64,000 bases of DNA from Pelagomonas calceolata (taxonomy: Eukaryota): contig CAKKNE010000001.1 of the NCBI GenBank assembly GCA_918797485.1, positions 6,138,001-6,202,000 of the forward strand, in the 5' to 3' direction. Within the stretch, counting starts at the first letter, position 1, and each line of letters starts with the position of its first letter. Below, in pieces: positions 42,001 through 50,227 of this stretch. The position numbers were made by a program, and so were the translations under genes. The notes under the pieces are model-generated. The model searched no databases. It was not told the origin of the DNA and was given only the letters and a program-made list of their open reading frames with translations.

Positions 42001-42293
42001 ATTTCGAGGAAGTGCGTGCCCAGCCGCGAGGACAGCGTGAGCGTGCTGTCCGGCAGCGGCGGGCCCAGCGTGTTCGTGTAGCCGCGGTCGACGCGCGTCA
42101 CGACGCGCAGCCGGTCGTAGCCGTCGTCCGGCAAATCGTAGTAGTGCAGCACGAGGCGCACGCCCCGGATGTTCTGGCCCGTCCCGTCGTCCTCCCCGTA
42201 GACGACGGCGTCCTGGAGGGGCTCTGCTATTTTTATGTATGGTCTGGCCGCCGCGCCGAGCAGCAGGAGGGCTGCACGGAATTGCTTAGGCAT
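39015..42293 (-). CDS. Signal peptide + GT4 (group 1) glycosyltransferase + 2OG-Fe(II) oxygenase fusion
   Basis: MPKQFRAALLLLGAAA; FGFVGRLAPQK, VLGDGPLR, ETFCMCNVEAMAEGKAVV; IRPHADEGAVTVNCWL, NRCVVFRSALVHET, RINLSLMYG. Confidence 0.8.
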   Translation of the reverse strand: MPKQFRAALLLLGAAARPYIKIAEPLQDAVVYGEDDGTGQNIRGVRLVLHYYDLPDDGYDRLRVVTRVDRGYTNTLGPPLPDSTLTLSSRLGTHFLEIVLRDRDEPDGDFGDAATVTYDLVPAPGDAILREAGEVKDVEGVIRPRGDELSHAACLDRRERPIRVVLAGQLQLGGQSMLALEQARRLPLIKTWSGRRAFSLDFAFAIPPQPNRTTGPLEPLLKALDVPVHKFYTQIPGHLVREWGRGNTTNRLSSILAAARHLDDLAEDVRGIIQPFVDVVKGADIFSFTNHENHRHDDRTMVEAARLAGVPHILCEPSNLWWGSLPTGADGTASALVVPSHFAGRFWRERGALTQAAVVPPGFEAGPILRQETNVSRVRFGFVGRLAPQKSPGLFIRAAAAVGAAYRHTPLDVSFAVLGDGPLREPLERLAHRLGLRVTGGRYVSEERGPGTEMHFAGWLEPSDVRAAVRESLDVVVHSNVLEETFCMCNVEAMAEGKAVVTFGVGGVSEYLRRGDAHGIVVDTPSVAGLTEALLRVAEDSEWRRRLGAEAAPRVRGLHGGQDLSFDRMAVQYANLYSGLVCPARDLNQRAQDVACVGVDGEKADDENPGALLRRDEYWAAACGVARLLPSNDNPQMRQLLALLLGEATRIDRENVTPLLNTREREALLVAAAVAESGLPNTTLDRRGALTALAAQYLTKAQGAVDQAATHWEALFKLRRPVLNCSGSLWSYAVPDTAALVFMEDGSGGVLQMGATGLKLSNLIPDRPSDFEATPGKLRHAAAQFAHLASTGVELAPSVVDALAPCSVTSLDELASSYADAAERLSAISQDDETDARSLREVASDAVLPVLATLDRGVHLYMPRSMDSEAVLIDEQTAAKATADFERINLCVIDGALSDHALTHLRKQLVESTVWYDAKRGHLGAYLEDGIASGLLLQVVEEFGAKLPDIVGPKRLVQAWGYKYHGQEADMGIRPHADEGAVTVNCWLTPDRYNLRQGSGGLRIYNASVPDTMPFLQANRDFRAVRKHVEHADRVDVDHRQNRCVVFRSALVHETLPFYFERSYDAYRINLSLMYGVSDWRSAYQSSPDASA

Positions 42294-42475
42294 CGTCGTA
42301 TGTGGGATTATGCATCTGTAAGGCACTGTTGCGGCTTTCCGGGCGGCGCAATAAATGCCTGGTTTGTCACCCCGCACGTCTTTGTGAGAGCTGAGCTGCC
42401 TTTTTGGGCTGCCCAGCGCGCCATCGACGCGTAAGGCTGCCCGAAAACTGAACACGCGAGCCGGGGGCTGCCACC

Positions 42476-43486
42476 ATGCGTACTCTTGTTGTGCTGGGCT
42501 CCTTGGCCGCCGCACGGGCCTATAATGGCTATGCGGTCGGACCGGACACCTTGTCCTACCAAGCTGCCGTGTCGTACTGCGTCAGCGTCGGTGGGGAGAT
42601 TGCATCGATCCACAGCGACGCCGACAACGAGGCCGCGCGCGACGCGTGTGGCGACAACGTGTGCTGGATTGGGCTCCGGGAGAGCGGGGGCGAAGCGGGC
42701 ACGCATGCGTTCGAGCAGATATGGCGCTGGCCGGACAACTCGACGGCCGGCGCGGACTCGTACCACAACTGGGCGCCGGGCGAGCCCGACTACAGTGAAT
42801 ACTACGACGAACGGCACGCCGTGATGAATGAAGGGCACAACCCGCAATACAATCGATGGAACTGGAGAGTGTCGACGTCGGGCCTCTGGTTTGCCATCCA
42901 CTCCGACACGTGGTCTACTTATGTGCCCCTCTGCGGCGTGAACGCTCCCACGACGGCTCCGACGCTGTCGCCGGCGCCGACTTCGTCGCCAAAACCAACG
43001 TCTAGCTTTTCCTGCGACAACGACAAGTGCGGCGTGTCCGGGAACGACGAGTGCTGTCATAGTTCATGGGACGAGCCGGTCTGCTCGGGAGGCTACGTGC
43101 CGGTCGAGTTTGGGGATCACGATTGCCTGTTTACGTGTTGCACGGTTGCCGTCACGCACGAGGAGGTCACGGCGTCGGGTCACCAGTGGGAGGACCACGC
43201 GGTTCATAGCGATGACTGGGACGACGACTGGGGCGGCGGCAGCGGTGGTGGTTGGGCCTTATTCATTTTCCTCTATCTCTTGGTTTTCTCTGGCGTTCCG
43301 GCCATCATCACCGCGATCATCGCCTGCATCTGCGTGCGGTGCGGGTGCTGCAAGAGTTGCTTGCCTCCGAAGCTCAAGCAAAAAGACCTGGCCGCCACGC
43401 CGCCAACGGTGCCAAGCGGGGTCGAGCTGACCGCGCCTCCCGCGCAAGTCTACAAGGCATCGATCGTCGCGAGCGAGGGCGTCTAG
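42476..43486 (+). CDS. C-type lectin domain type I membrane protein
   Basis: Signal peptide; SYQAAVSYC...GEIASIHS...CWIGL...YHNWAPGEP; PT-rich stalk; TM helix. Confidence 0.85.
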   Translation: MRTLVVLGSLAAARAYNGYAVGPDTLSYQAAVSYCVSVGGEIASIHSDADNEAARDACGDNVCWIGLRESGGEAGTHAFEQIWRWPDNSTAGADSYHNWAPGEPDYSEYYDERHAVMNEGHNPQYNRWNWRVSTSGLWFAIHSDTWSTYVPLCGVNAPTTAPTLSPAPTSSPKPTSSFSCDNDKCGVSGNDECCHSSWDEPVCSGGYVPVEFGDHDCLFTCCTVAVTHEEVTASGHQWEDHAVHSDDWDDDWGGGSGGGWALFIFLYLLVFSGVPAIITAIIACICVRCGCCKSCLPPKLKQKDLAATPPTVPSGVELTAPPAQVYKASIVASEGV

Positions 43487-43656
43487 TCGCCCCCGCCAGA
43501 ATTCGTCCCCCGTTTCTCCTTTTGCAATTTCATGACCGCCTTGATTGGTGCCGTTGAGGCGCGTCCCAGACTAATGATTTATTTTTACCACAATGCCCAT
43601 ACTTACTTCTCGCAAATATGACGCGCCACAGCCTGGCAGCGCGCACAACGGCGCGC

Positions 43657-44046
43657 CTAGAAATCGCTGTTGCTGATATAGAACCCGATCGCGATCGTGA
43701 TCAGGAAGCCGACGCCGCTCGCGAGCAGGATCGGCCCATCCCCACCATCGAGCGTCACGCCGACCGTGTCGCCGACCATCTTCGCGTAGCGCCGCCGCGG
43801 GCCGCTGCACTGCGGGCACTTAAAGCCGAACGTCTGCTCCTCAAAGTAGCGGCCGCCGAAGATCTTGCGGTCGTAGACGTAGCCGCAGTCGGCGCAGACC
43901 CAGTCGCCCTGCCAGTACTGCTCGGCCTTCTCCTTCGCCGACAGCGCCGCGTTCAGCGGCTGGAGGCCCGGGAGGTGCTCGCGCACGGGGGGCACGAAGG
44001 CCGTCGCGCAGCTTGCGAGGACTGCGAAGGCCGTCGGTCGCAGCAT
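43657..44046 (-). CDS. Plastid-targeted rubredoxin-like membrane protein
   Basis: Bipartite leader (ATA-FVP); WVCADCGYVYD and FKCPQC; C-terminal TM. Confidence 0.85.
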   Translation of the reverse strand: MLRPTAFAVLASCATAFVPPVREHLPGLQPLNAALSAKEKAEQYWQGDWVCADCGYVYDRKIFGGRYFEEQTFGFKCPQCSGPRRRYAKMVGDTVGVTLDGGDGPILLASGVGFLITIAIGFYISNSDF

Positions 44047-44641
44047 TGTCAGTTGTGTCGTGGATATTAGTCGATGTTAGTGGATATTAGCTCGTCGCGG
44101 GCGCGAAAGCAAGCCGCCACCCTAAGCTCAACAATGGCTGCTGAAAGCGTCGGGCTGACGAACGGATGGAACCGAAGGCCCAAACGTAGGAAAGGTATCG
44201 TGTCCGGGATCGTCGCAGCCTCTGAACGTGCGTTCGAGCTGACCGCGCGTAGACCAGCGTGTTTTTGTGCGGAGCTGGACAGCCATCTGACGGGGACTCC
44301 TCTGCCCGTACTTAAATCGACGTGTCCCTGCTGCCAGACGGCGTGAATGGAAGGAGCAGTCTTTGCTCAACGGCTTCAGAGGCAAAAGCCGGGTCTCTAG
44401 TATGACAAAAACACCCGGATCTGTGAGAGGCGGCCAAAGCTCCTCTCCCAAGCGCATCGCGCGCGAATCGCAGCCCCACGCATCGACACGAGTCCACCCT
44501 GAACGAATTGCGACGGGCGATCCGTGCCAAAGGCTCGCATCGCTGCCCAACCGCGAGGCAGCAGCCGCTCGCATCGTTGTCGCACTCCGGACGCCATCGA
44601 CGCAGCTCCGGACGCCGTTCCACGCGCCAGCCCTGGCCACC

Positions 44642-45217
44642 ATGGACATGCCAACACGACTGCAGACTTCCATGCTCATCAGCGCCGCGCGCGTCACGCC
44701 CACGAAGCGGCGCCTCGCGTGGTCCCCAGACGCGGGGCAGCGCACGGTGTCGCCTTGGTCGAGTCCGGAAGCGGAGCGACTTGCACAGCGCCGCGCGGGC
44801 TGGCGCTACTACGCGAGCCCGGCGCCCCTGGACGCGAAGCCGGCCGCGCGGCCAGCCGCACCAGTGACGCCGAAACCCGCCGCGCCCGTCGTCACGCCGC
44901 GCCGGCGGCGAAAGACGCCGCGCCGGACTAAACCCGACGCCGCGCAAATGAGGCAACTCGAGAAGGGCTGGCTCCACCACGGCTCGCGCCACGCGCCGAT
45001 CGTCGACCGGCCCCCGCCGCGGTCGCCGCGGCGGTGGCGCAAATCGCCGTCGGTGCCCGACGAGGACGTGGCCTACGACGTCGAAGAAGAAGAATACGTC
45101 AAAATCCCGGTCGCGCTGTTCAAGAACCTGTCCAAGTACTTTGCGTGCGCCAAGCCGGATTTCGTGGAGCAGGCGCGGCCCCCGGACGACGAGGAAGAGC
45201 GAGTTATCGTGGGGTAA
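44642..45217 (+). CDS. Hypothetical Pro/Arg-rich protein (start uncertain)
   Basis: The ORF ends in a plausible acidic/hydrophobic tail. ATG options are 44402 and 44642. Confidence 0.45.
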   Translation: MDMPTRLQTSMLISAARVTPTKRRLAWSPDAGQRTVSPWSSPEAERLAQRRAGWRYYASPAPLDAKPAARPAAPVTPKPAAPVVTPRRRRKTPRRTKPDAAQMRQLEKGWLHHGSRHAPIVDRPPPRSPRRWRKSPSVPDEDVAYDVEEEEYVKIPVALFKNLSKYFACAKPDFVEQARPPDDEEERVIVG

Positions 45218-45250
45218 GGAATATTGTGTGTATGTAGGCTCTGTTTTAAT

Positions 45251-45456
45251 TGTTACGGTGCTAGGACTAGTGGGCGGAGGCTCTGCCCAGGGCTGGGGGG
45301 GAGACACCGGGTGTAGGCTCTGTCGCGAGGTCCGTCTCAGTCGGTACGCGGACAGAAGCGGCCAAGCCCGTGCGCTGGGACCAAAACCAGGCTCCCGCAA
45401 ATAGGAAACCCCGTGTTCGCCATATATTTCTGTAAGGTCGATGTTACGGTGCTAGG
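45251..45456. repeat. 15-bp direct repeat (TGTTACGGTGCTAGG) flanking a 176-bp self-complementary segment
   Basis: Exact copies at 45251-45265 and 45442-45456. Confidence 0.7.
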
Positions 45457-45459
45457 CCC

Positions 45460-45482
45460 CTAGCGTCCTGTAAGACACTAGC
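45460..45482 (-). promoter_or_regulatory. Recurrent intergenic motif, copy 7 (reverse)
   Basis: CTAGCgtcctGTAAGACACTAGc lies upstream of ATG 45790. Confidence 0.65.
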
Positions 45483-45789
45483 AAAGCAGCCATGACATTG
45501 TGGCTGTCACCGCTTTTGTGCTTCATCCAGCCGCGTTGTGGCACATAGAGCGCGAGTAGGACTCTGTTCGACTCCTGGCGTCACGCGAAACGAGTGCTGC
45601 GCTTCCGGCTGGGCCTGTGGCGGCTACAGCATTTCTAAAGGAAAAAAACAGCAAAACCGCAGCGCACAAACGCCGGGCGCAGCGCAACAAAAACGCCGGG
45701 CACGACGAGCCTTGCCTCCGCAACGCTTCGTAGCCTGTACCAGAGATCTCTTGGAGGTGTTGAGGGAGTGCCGCACCACACATTAAATT

Positions 45790-46392
45790 ATGGACGGCAT
45801 AACAGCATTGCAAAAACACCTCGTCCGCGTAAAACTCGAGCACGCCGAGCGCGAGGCGGCCTTGGAGCGGACCGTCGCCGAGTTGAGAGGCGAAAACGAC
45901 GAGCTCAAGGCCGCGCTAGACGACGCGGCCGACGAGTTGGACCTGTGTTGGGCCCACGTGCACCAGCTGCGCCTCGAGACCACCACAAAATTCCAGGTCG
46001 AGGAGCGCGACGACTGGCGCGCGTTAGTGCGAAGCGTCCAGGAGGACCGCCAGCGGCTCCAGCAGGAGAACGCGCGGCTCCAGGCGCTCGTCGCGCCGGG
46101 GCCGGCCGCGCGAACTACCTCGGCTCCGCTTCCCGACGCGCTGACGTCGCCGCGGCCGCCGCGCCCGACGCGGCCGCCGCCGCCGCCGCCCGTCGAGACG
46201 CCGCGCCTCGCAAAGAAGCCGCGCGAGCGCGCGCCGTCGCCCCGCGCGACGGCCTACGCGCTCACCGGCACGCCGCGGAAGCGCAAAATCGTGCTGCCGC
46301 GGCCGAGCCCGTCAGCGCGCGAGCCGTGGTTCCTGTGGGTGCTGCTCTTCGGGCGGCCGCTCGACATCGACGGGCCGGTACTGTGTGTATGA
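45790..46392 (+). CDS. Coiled-coil hypothetical protein
   Basis: Heptad-like N-terminal 100 aa and a Pro-rich tail. Confidence 0.65.
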   Translation: MDGITALQKHLVRVKLEHAEREAALERTVAELRGENDELKAALDDAADELDLCWAHVHQLRLETTTKFQVEERDDWRALVRSVQEDRQRLQQENARLQALVAPGPAARTTSAPLPDALTSPRPPRPTRPPPPPPVETPRLAKKPRERAPSPRATAYALTGTPRKRKIVLPRPSPSAREPWFLWVLLFGRPLDIDGPVLCV

Positions 46393-46440
46393 GGTTTAGA
46401 GACCTAAAACTTATAAATATGAACACGATCGATGCTGGGG

Positions 46441-47969
46441 TCAGTAGAGCTGCTCGACGCCCGACCCCTTCGCCTTCGCGTCGGCGCGCCGCTCAGCCCG
46501 CCGGAGCAGCAGGGGGATCGGCACCGCTAGTAGAGCGCACGCCGCGTTCGTCAGGAAGGGCAGCCCGCCCGGGAAGCGGCGGAAGCCGCAGGACGCCGCG
46601 AAGAGCGAGCCCGAGACGACTGGAGTGAAGATGCGCGCCGCGGCGCGCGTCGACCTGTGCGGAAATTTTACGGTGCGTCCTGAATCGCCGCGTCGACCTC
46701 CACGCCATCGACGCGACGCACACTGGTTGATTTCCACACCGGCGTCGACTGGATCAGCGCTAGGTTCTTCGCGCGCGCGTCGGCCGTCGGCGACGTCCTT
46801 GCTACCAATGTGGCTGTGGACGTGTCCGAGATGCCGGCGCCCGCGCGGTTTATCAGGTAAAAGAGCGAGTGGAGCGGCTGCGCTCGCACGATGCTTTGCG
46901 AAGCCATGCCCAGCGACAGCGTGAGCAAGCCGAAGCACGACGTCAGGTGCGGGCCGATGCGCCTGACTAAGGTCGGAAAGAGCACCTGGGCCGCGATCGT
47001 CGTCAGCGCGCCGGCCGAGAACGTCGCTGATAATTGAGGTTGATCATACCCCATAAACTTGGGCGCGAACAACCCGTAGCAGTAGACCGACAGCGTCAGC
47101 GACCAGCCGACGACGAGCGCGATGGACCGGAGCGCGAACTGCGCCGACACGCCGGGCAGGATCCCGGGCGCCGGCTTCGTAGGCGCGACTTGCTTCTGCT
47201 CAACCTTGAGCGCCGGCTCGTCCTGGGACGCGATTGCTTGTGCTTTTGCGGCTGTTGCTTGGAAGGACCTGGCCAGCACGCCCAGCACGCCGGCCGCGAA
47301 GACCGAGGCCGTCAAGAAGACCGCGCGTAATCGAAAAGCCTGGGGCACGCCCGCCGCCGCGAAGGCCGACATGAGCAGGGCGGCGCAGGACGGCCCGACG
47401 ACCACGGCCATCTGCGACGACGCCGCGACGCGCGCGAGGGCCGCGGGCGCTTGCGCCGGCGCCACGAGCTCCGTCGCCGCGGCCTGGGCCACGGGCACGC
47501 TGGCGGCGAAGGCGCCGCACAGGAAGCGGCAGACGACGATCGCCGCGACCGACGGCGACATGGCGATGCCGACGTTGCCCAGCGTCGCGCCGGCCAAACA
47601 GAGGCAGAGCGTCTGGCCGCGGCCGCCCGCGCCGCCCGACCGTCGCACCAGCAACGGGCAGCAGACCATCTGGGCCACGCTAAAGAACGACGTCGCGAGG
47701 GCCACCTCGACGGGCTTCGCGCCGAGGCGCGTCAGGTGCAGCGGCAGCGTCGCAATCGCAATACCCTCGCCGATCATCTGCGCAAACACGCTCAGCGTGA
47801 CCGGCAGCAGCGCACGCGGCAGCGGCGCGTCGGCGTCGGCCTCGATCGCGACGGCCGCGGCCCGCGGCGGCGCGAGCAACTTCGGCGGTTTTGCCAGCGG
47901 GGCGAGGGCTGGGCCTCGGAAGGCGTATGTGCATTTTAATGCTGTTGCGAGGAGTAATAGTAGGCGCAT
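46441..47969 (-). CDS. MFS transporter (TetA/DHA1-like), probably plastid-targeted; intron 46749-46655
   Basis: Signal+F leader; about 12 TM; CRFLCGAFAASVPVAQA and VVGP motifs. Splicing gives LIQ|STRAAARIFTPVVSGSLF. Confidence 0.85.
46655..46741. mobile_element. Introner element (87 bp) forming intron 46749-46655 (-)
   Basis: Perfect 8-bp TSD GCGTCGAC at 46647-46654 and 46742-46749. Ends CTGTGCGGAAAT / ATTTCCACACCG. The interior aligns with the 25830 element. Confidence 0.9.
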
Positions 47970-48356
47970 CCTGCCACTGCTGTGTTGTTGTCGCGTTTCG
48001 ATTGATTCGTGCACCAATGCTACTAACGTATAATTGCAGCGCTTTGAGGCGACGCGTTTGGCTGTGTGCACGCTGCAATGCCAGTCGCGTGTGTGCCAAA
48101 AAGGAGCCTCGAGATGCGATGCCAGTCACAGTCCCTACTAGTCCTCTGGGCCTCCTTTGAATCGTCGAACGAGTCCTCCCACAATGGCGCGGTGTCTTGC
48201 TGGGCCCGCACTCAAGCCTCTCAGCGCCTGGCGCTCTCCCTGCCAATTACGCTGCCCCGTAGCCTCAATACGGGTGCGCACTCTCTCAGCGCCGGTGCTC
48301 TCCCTGCCATCCCAGGGTACGGCTGCGACGCTGCCCAGAGGACGCCAGCCGTCGCC

Positions 48357-48842
48357 ATGGCCGAGGACCTCAGCAACACGAAGAGCTCCTGGGAGTCGAG
48401 CATGTCCCAGATCAAGGCCCAGGAGCAGCACACGATCAACCATGAATTGGACGCGGTCCACTCCTGGAGCCCCATGTCGAACGCGGGTTGGTTGGCCACG
48501 AAAGGAAATCACGCGTTCAAGGCCCACGAGCTGCCCGGCGTCAAAAAAGCGCAGTACGAGGACCAGAAGCGGTTGCTCACGGTCTACGACAAGGAGTACC
48601 CTTCCTTGGATAAGCGGCGGAACCCCCAGGCCGCCGTCGTGGCCAAGCCGCGGCAGCTCATCGCGTCGAAGTGGCAGACGCCGCGGACGCGCGACGCTTC
48701 CGGTAACATCCAGCTGCAGACGGAGGACGTCAAGGAGCCCACCGAGACGGAGCGCCAGCTGTATTCTGGAAGGGTGCCGCAGAGCCGCCTGCGCCAGTTC
48801 GGGGACACGACCTTCGGGGGGCCGACTAACCACTTTTGCTAA
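48357..48842 (+). CDS. Hypothetical protein (~161 aa)
   Basis: ATG in gccATGg context and strong GC3 codon bias. Confidence 0.6.
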   Translation: MAEDLSNTKSSWESSMSQIKAQEQHTINHELDAVHSWSPMSNAGWLATKGNHAFKAHELPGVKKAQYEDQKRLLTVYDKEYPSLDKRRNPQAAVVAKPRQLIASKWQTPRTRDASGNIQLQTEDVKEPTETERQLYSGRVPQSRLRQFGDTTFGGPTNHFC

Positions 48843-48914
48843 CCTAAACCCGGTTTTTATTAGCCCGATGGCGTCGAACTAGTCCCGACGACGCTGAAGC
48901 CGCCTGGATGCGTT

Positions 48915-48938
48915 GCTAGTGTCTTACAGGCCGCTAGC
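48915..48938 (+). promoter_or_regulatory. Recurrent intergenic motif, copy 8
   Basis: gCTAGTGTCTTACaggccGCTAGc lies ~145 bp upstream of ATG 49082. Confidence 0.65.
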
Positions 48939-49081
48939 TAAACCGCGCGTCGAGCCCAGCCCCCCGCGCTCGCAGCTGCCATTCTCTCCGGCCACATTAT
49001 ACACCCTGTGACACTCCATCGTGCAGTCTCGCAACGTGTGCCCAATTATTCGCCCTCAAACGCCCTGCAAGCCAAGTAATC

Positions 49082-50188
49082 ATGTCTGCCAAATTAGCAT
49101 TCTTCCTGGCCGTGGGCGCCGCAGCCGTCAACGTGAAGACGGAGGAGCGCACGCTCATTCATCCGGAGCGCCGCGAACAACTGAACAAGATCAAGGCCAT
49201 GGCCACGACCTGGGAGGCGCGCGCTGGTCGCTGGGCGCGCGAGGCGCCGGGCGCCAGCGCTCCCGTGCTCGGCCATTTGGGAGACAACAAATTAAACGTG
49301 GCTGCCGCTAAGGAACGCGGCGAGGTCGTCGAATTCGTGCCGAAGCTGGTCAACCCGATCCCGGACTCCTTCGATTCGGCCAAGGAGTGGCCCAAGTGCG
49401 CCAAGCTCATCAACGACATCCGCGACCAGAGCAATTGTGGCTGCTGCTGGGCCTTCGCCGGCGCCGAGGCGGCGTCGGACCGCATGTGCATCAGTACTGA
49501 CGGCGAGAAGAATCTCCCTATCTCTGCGCAGGACGTCTGCTTCAATTCGAACGTGAACGGCTGCAACGGCGGCCAGATCACGACGCCCTGGACCTACATC
49601 CGCTGGCGCGGCGCGGTGAGCGGCGGCCAGTACAACAACACGGGCCCCTTCGGTAACATGGGACTCTGCTCGAACTGGGGCTTCGGTCATTGCCACCACC
49701 ACGGTCCCCAGAGAGATGATCCCTACCCCGACGAGGGCGCCGAGGGTTGCAAGTCGGAAAAGTCTCCCCCGGGCCCCACGAAGTGCGACAACTCGGCCAA
49801 GGGGTCCCACGCCGACTTCAAGGGGGACAAGTACAAATTCCACGGCACGACGGAGACGGCGTCGGGCGAGGAGAAAATTCAACGCATGATCATGGAGGGC
49901 GGCCCCGTCGAGACGGCCTTCACCGTGTTTTCGGATTTTGAGGACTATGCGGGCGGAATTTACCAGCGCACGACGGGCAAGCCGGCAGGCGGCCACGCCG
50001 TCAAGATTGTTGGGTGGGGCGTCGAGAACGGCACGAAATACTGGAAAGTAGCGAACAGCTGGAACCCCTACTGGGGCGAGAAGGGCTTCTTCCGCATCGT
50101 CCGCGGCAAGAACGAGTGCGGCATTGAGGACCAGGTCACGGGCTCGCCGTCCGGCGCGAAATGGACGAAGGCGTCCGAGGAGCTCTAG
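49082..50188 (+). CDS. Cathepsin B-like cysteine protease (C1A)
   Basis: IPDSFDS...WPKC, IRDQSNCGCCWAF, occluding-loop CHHH, GGHAVKIVGWG and YWKVANSWNPYWGEKGFFRI. Confidence 0.92.
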   Translation: MSAKLAFFLAVGAAAVNVKTEERTLIHPERREQLNKIKAMATTWEARAGRWAREAPGASAPVLGHLGDNKLNVAAAKERGEVVEFVPKLVNPIPDSFDSAKEWPKCAKLINDIRDQSNCGCCWAFAGAEAASDRMCISTDGEKNLPISAQDVCFNSNVNGCNGGQITTPWTYIRWRGAVSGGQYNNTGPFGNMGLCSNWGFGHCHHHGPQRDDPYPDEGAEGCKSEKSPPGPTKCDNSAKGSHADFKGDKYKFHGTTETASGEEKIQRMIMEGGPVETAFTVFSDFEDYAGGIYQRTTGKPAGGHAVKIVGWGVENGTKYWKVANSWNPYWGEKGFFRIVRGKNECGIEDQVTGSPSGAKWTKASEEL

Positions 50189-50227
50189 GCCGTACTGTAT
50201 ACATTGCTTGTTAAAAAACACACAGAA

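Noticed and set aside
43589..43600. ATACTTAC resembling the U1 snRNA 5' end
   Set aside because: It does not continue as ATACTTACCTG and there is no U1 body. It is more likely an antisense GTAAGT donor-like site or chance.
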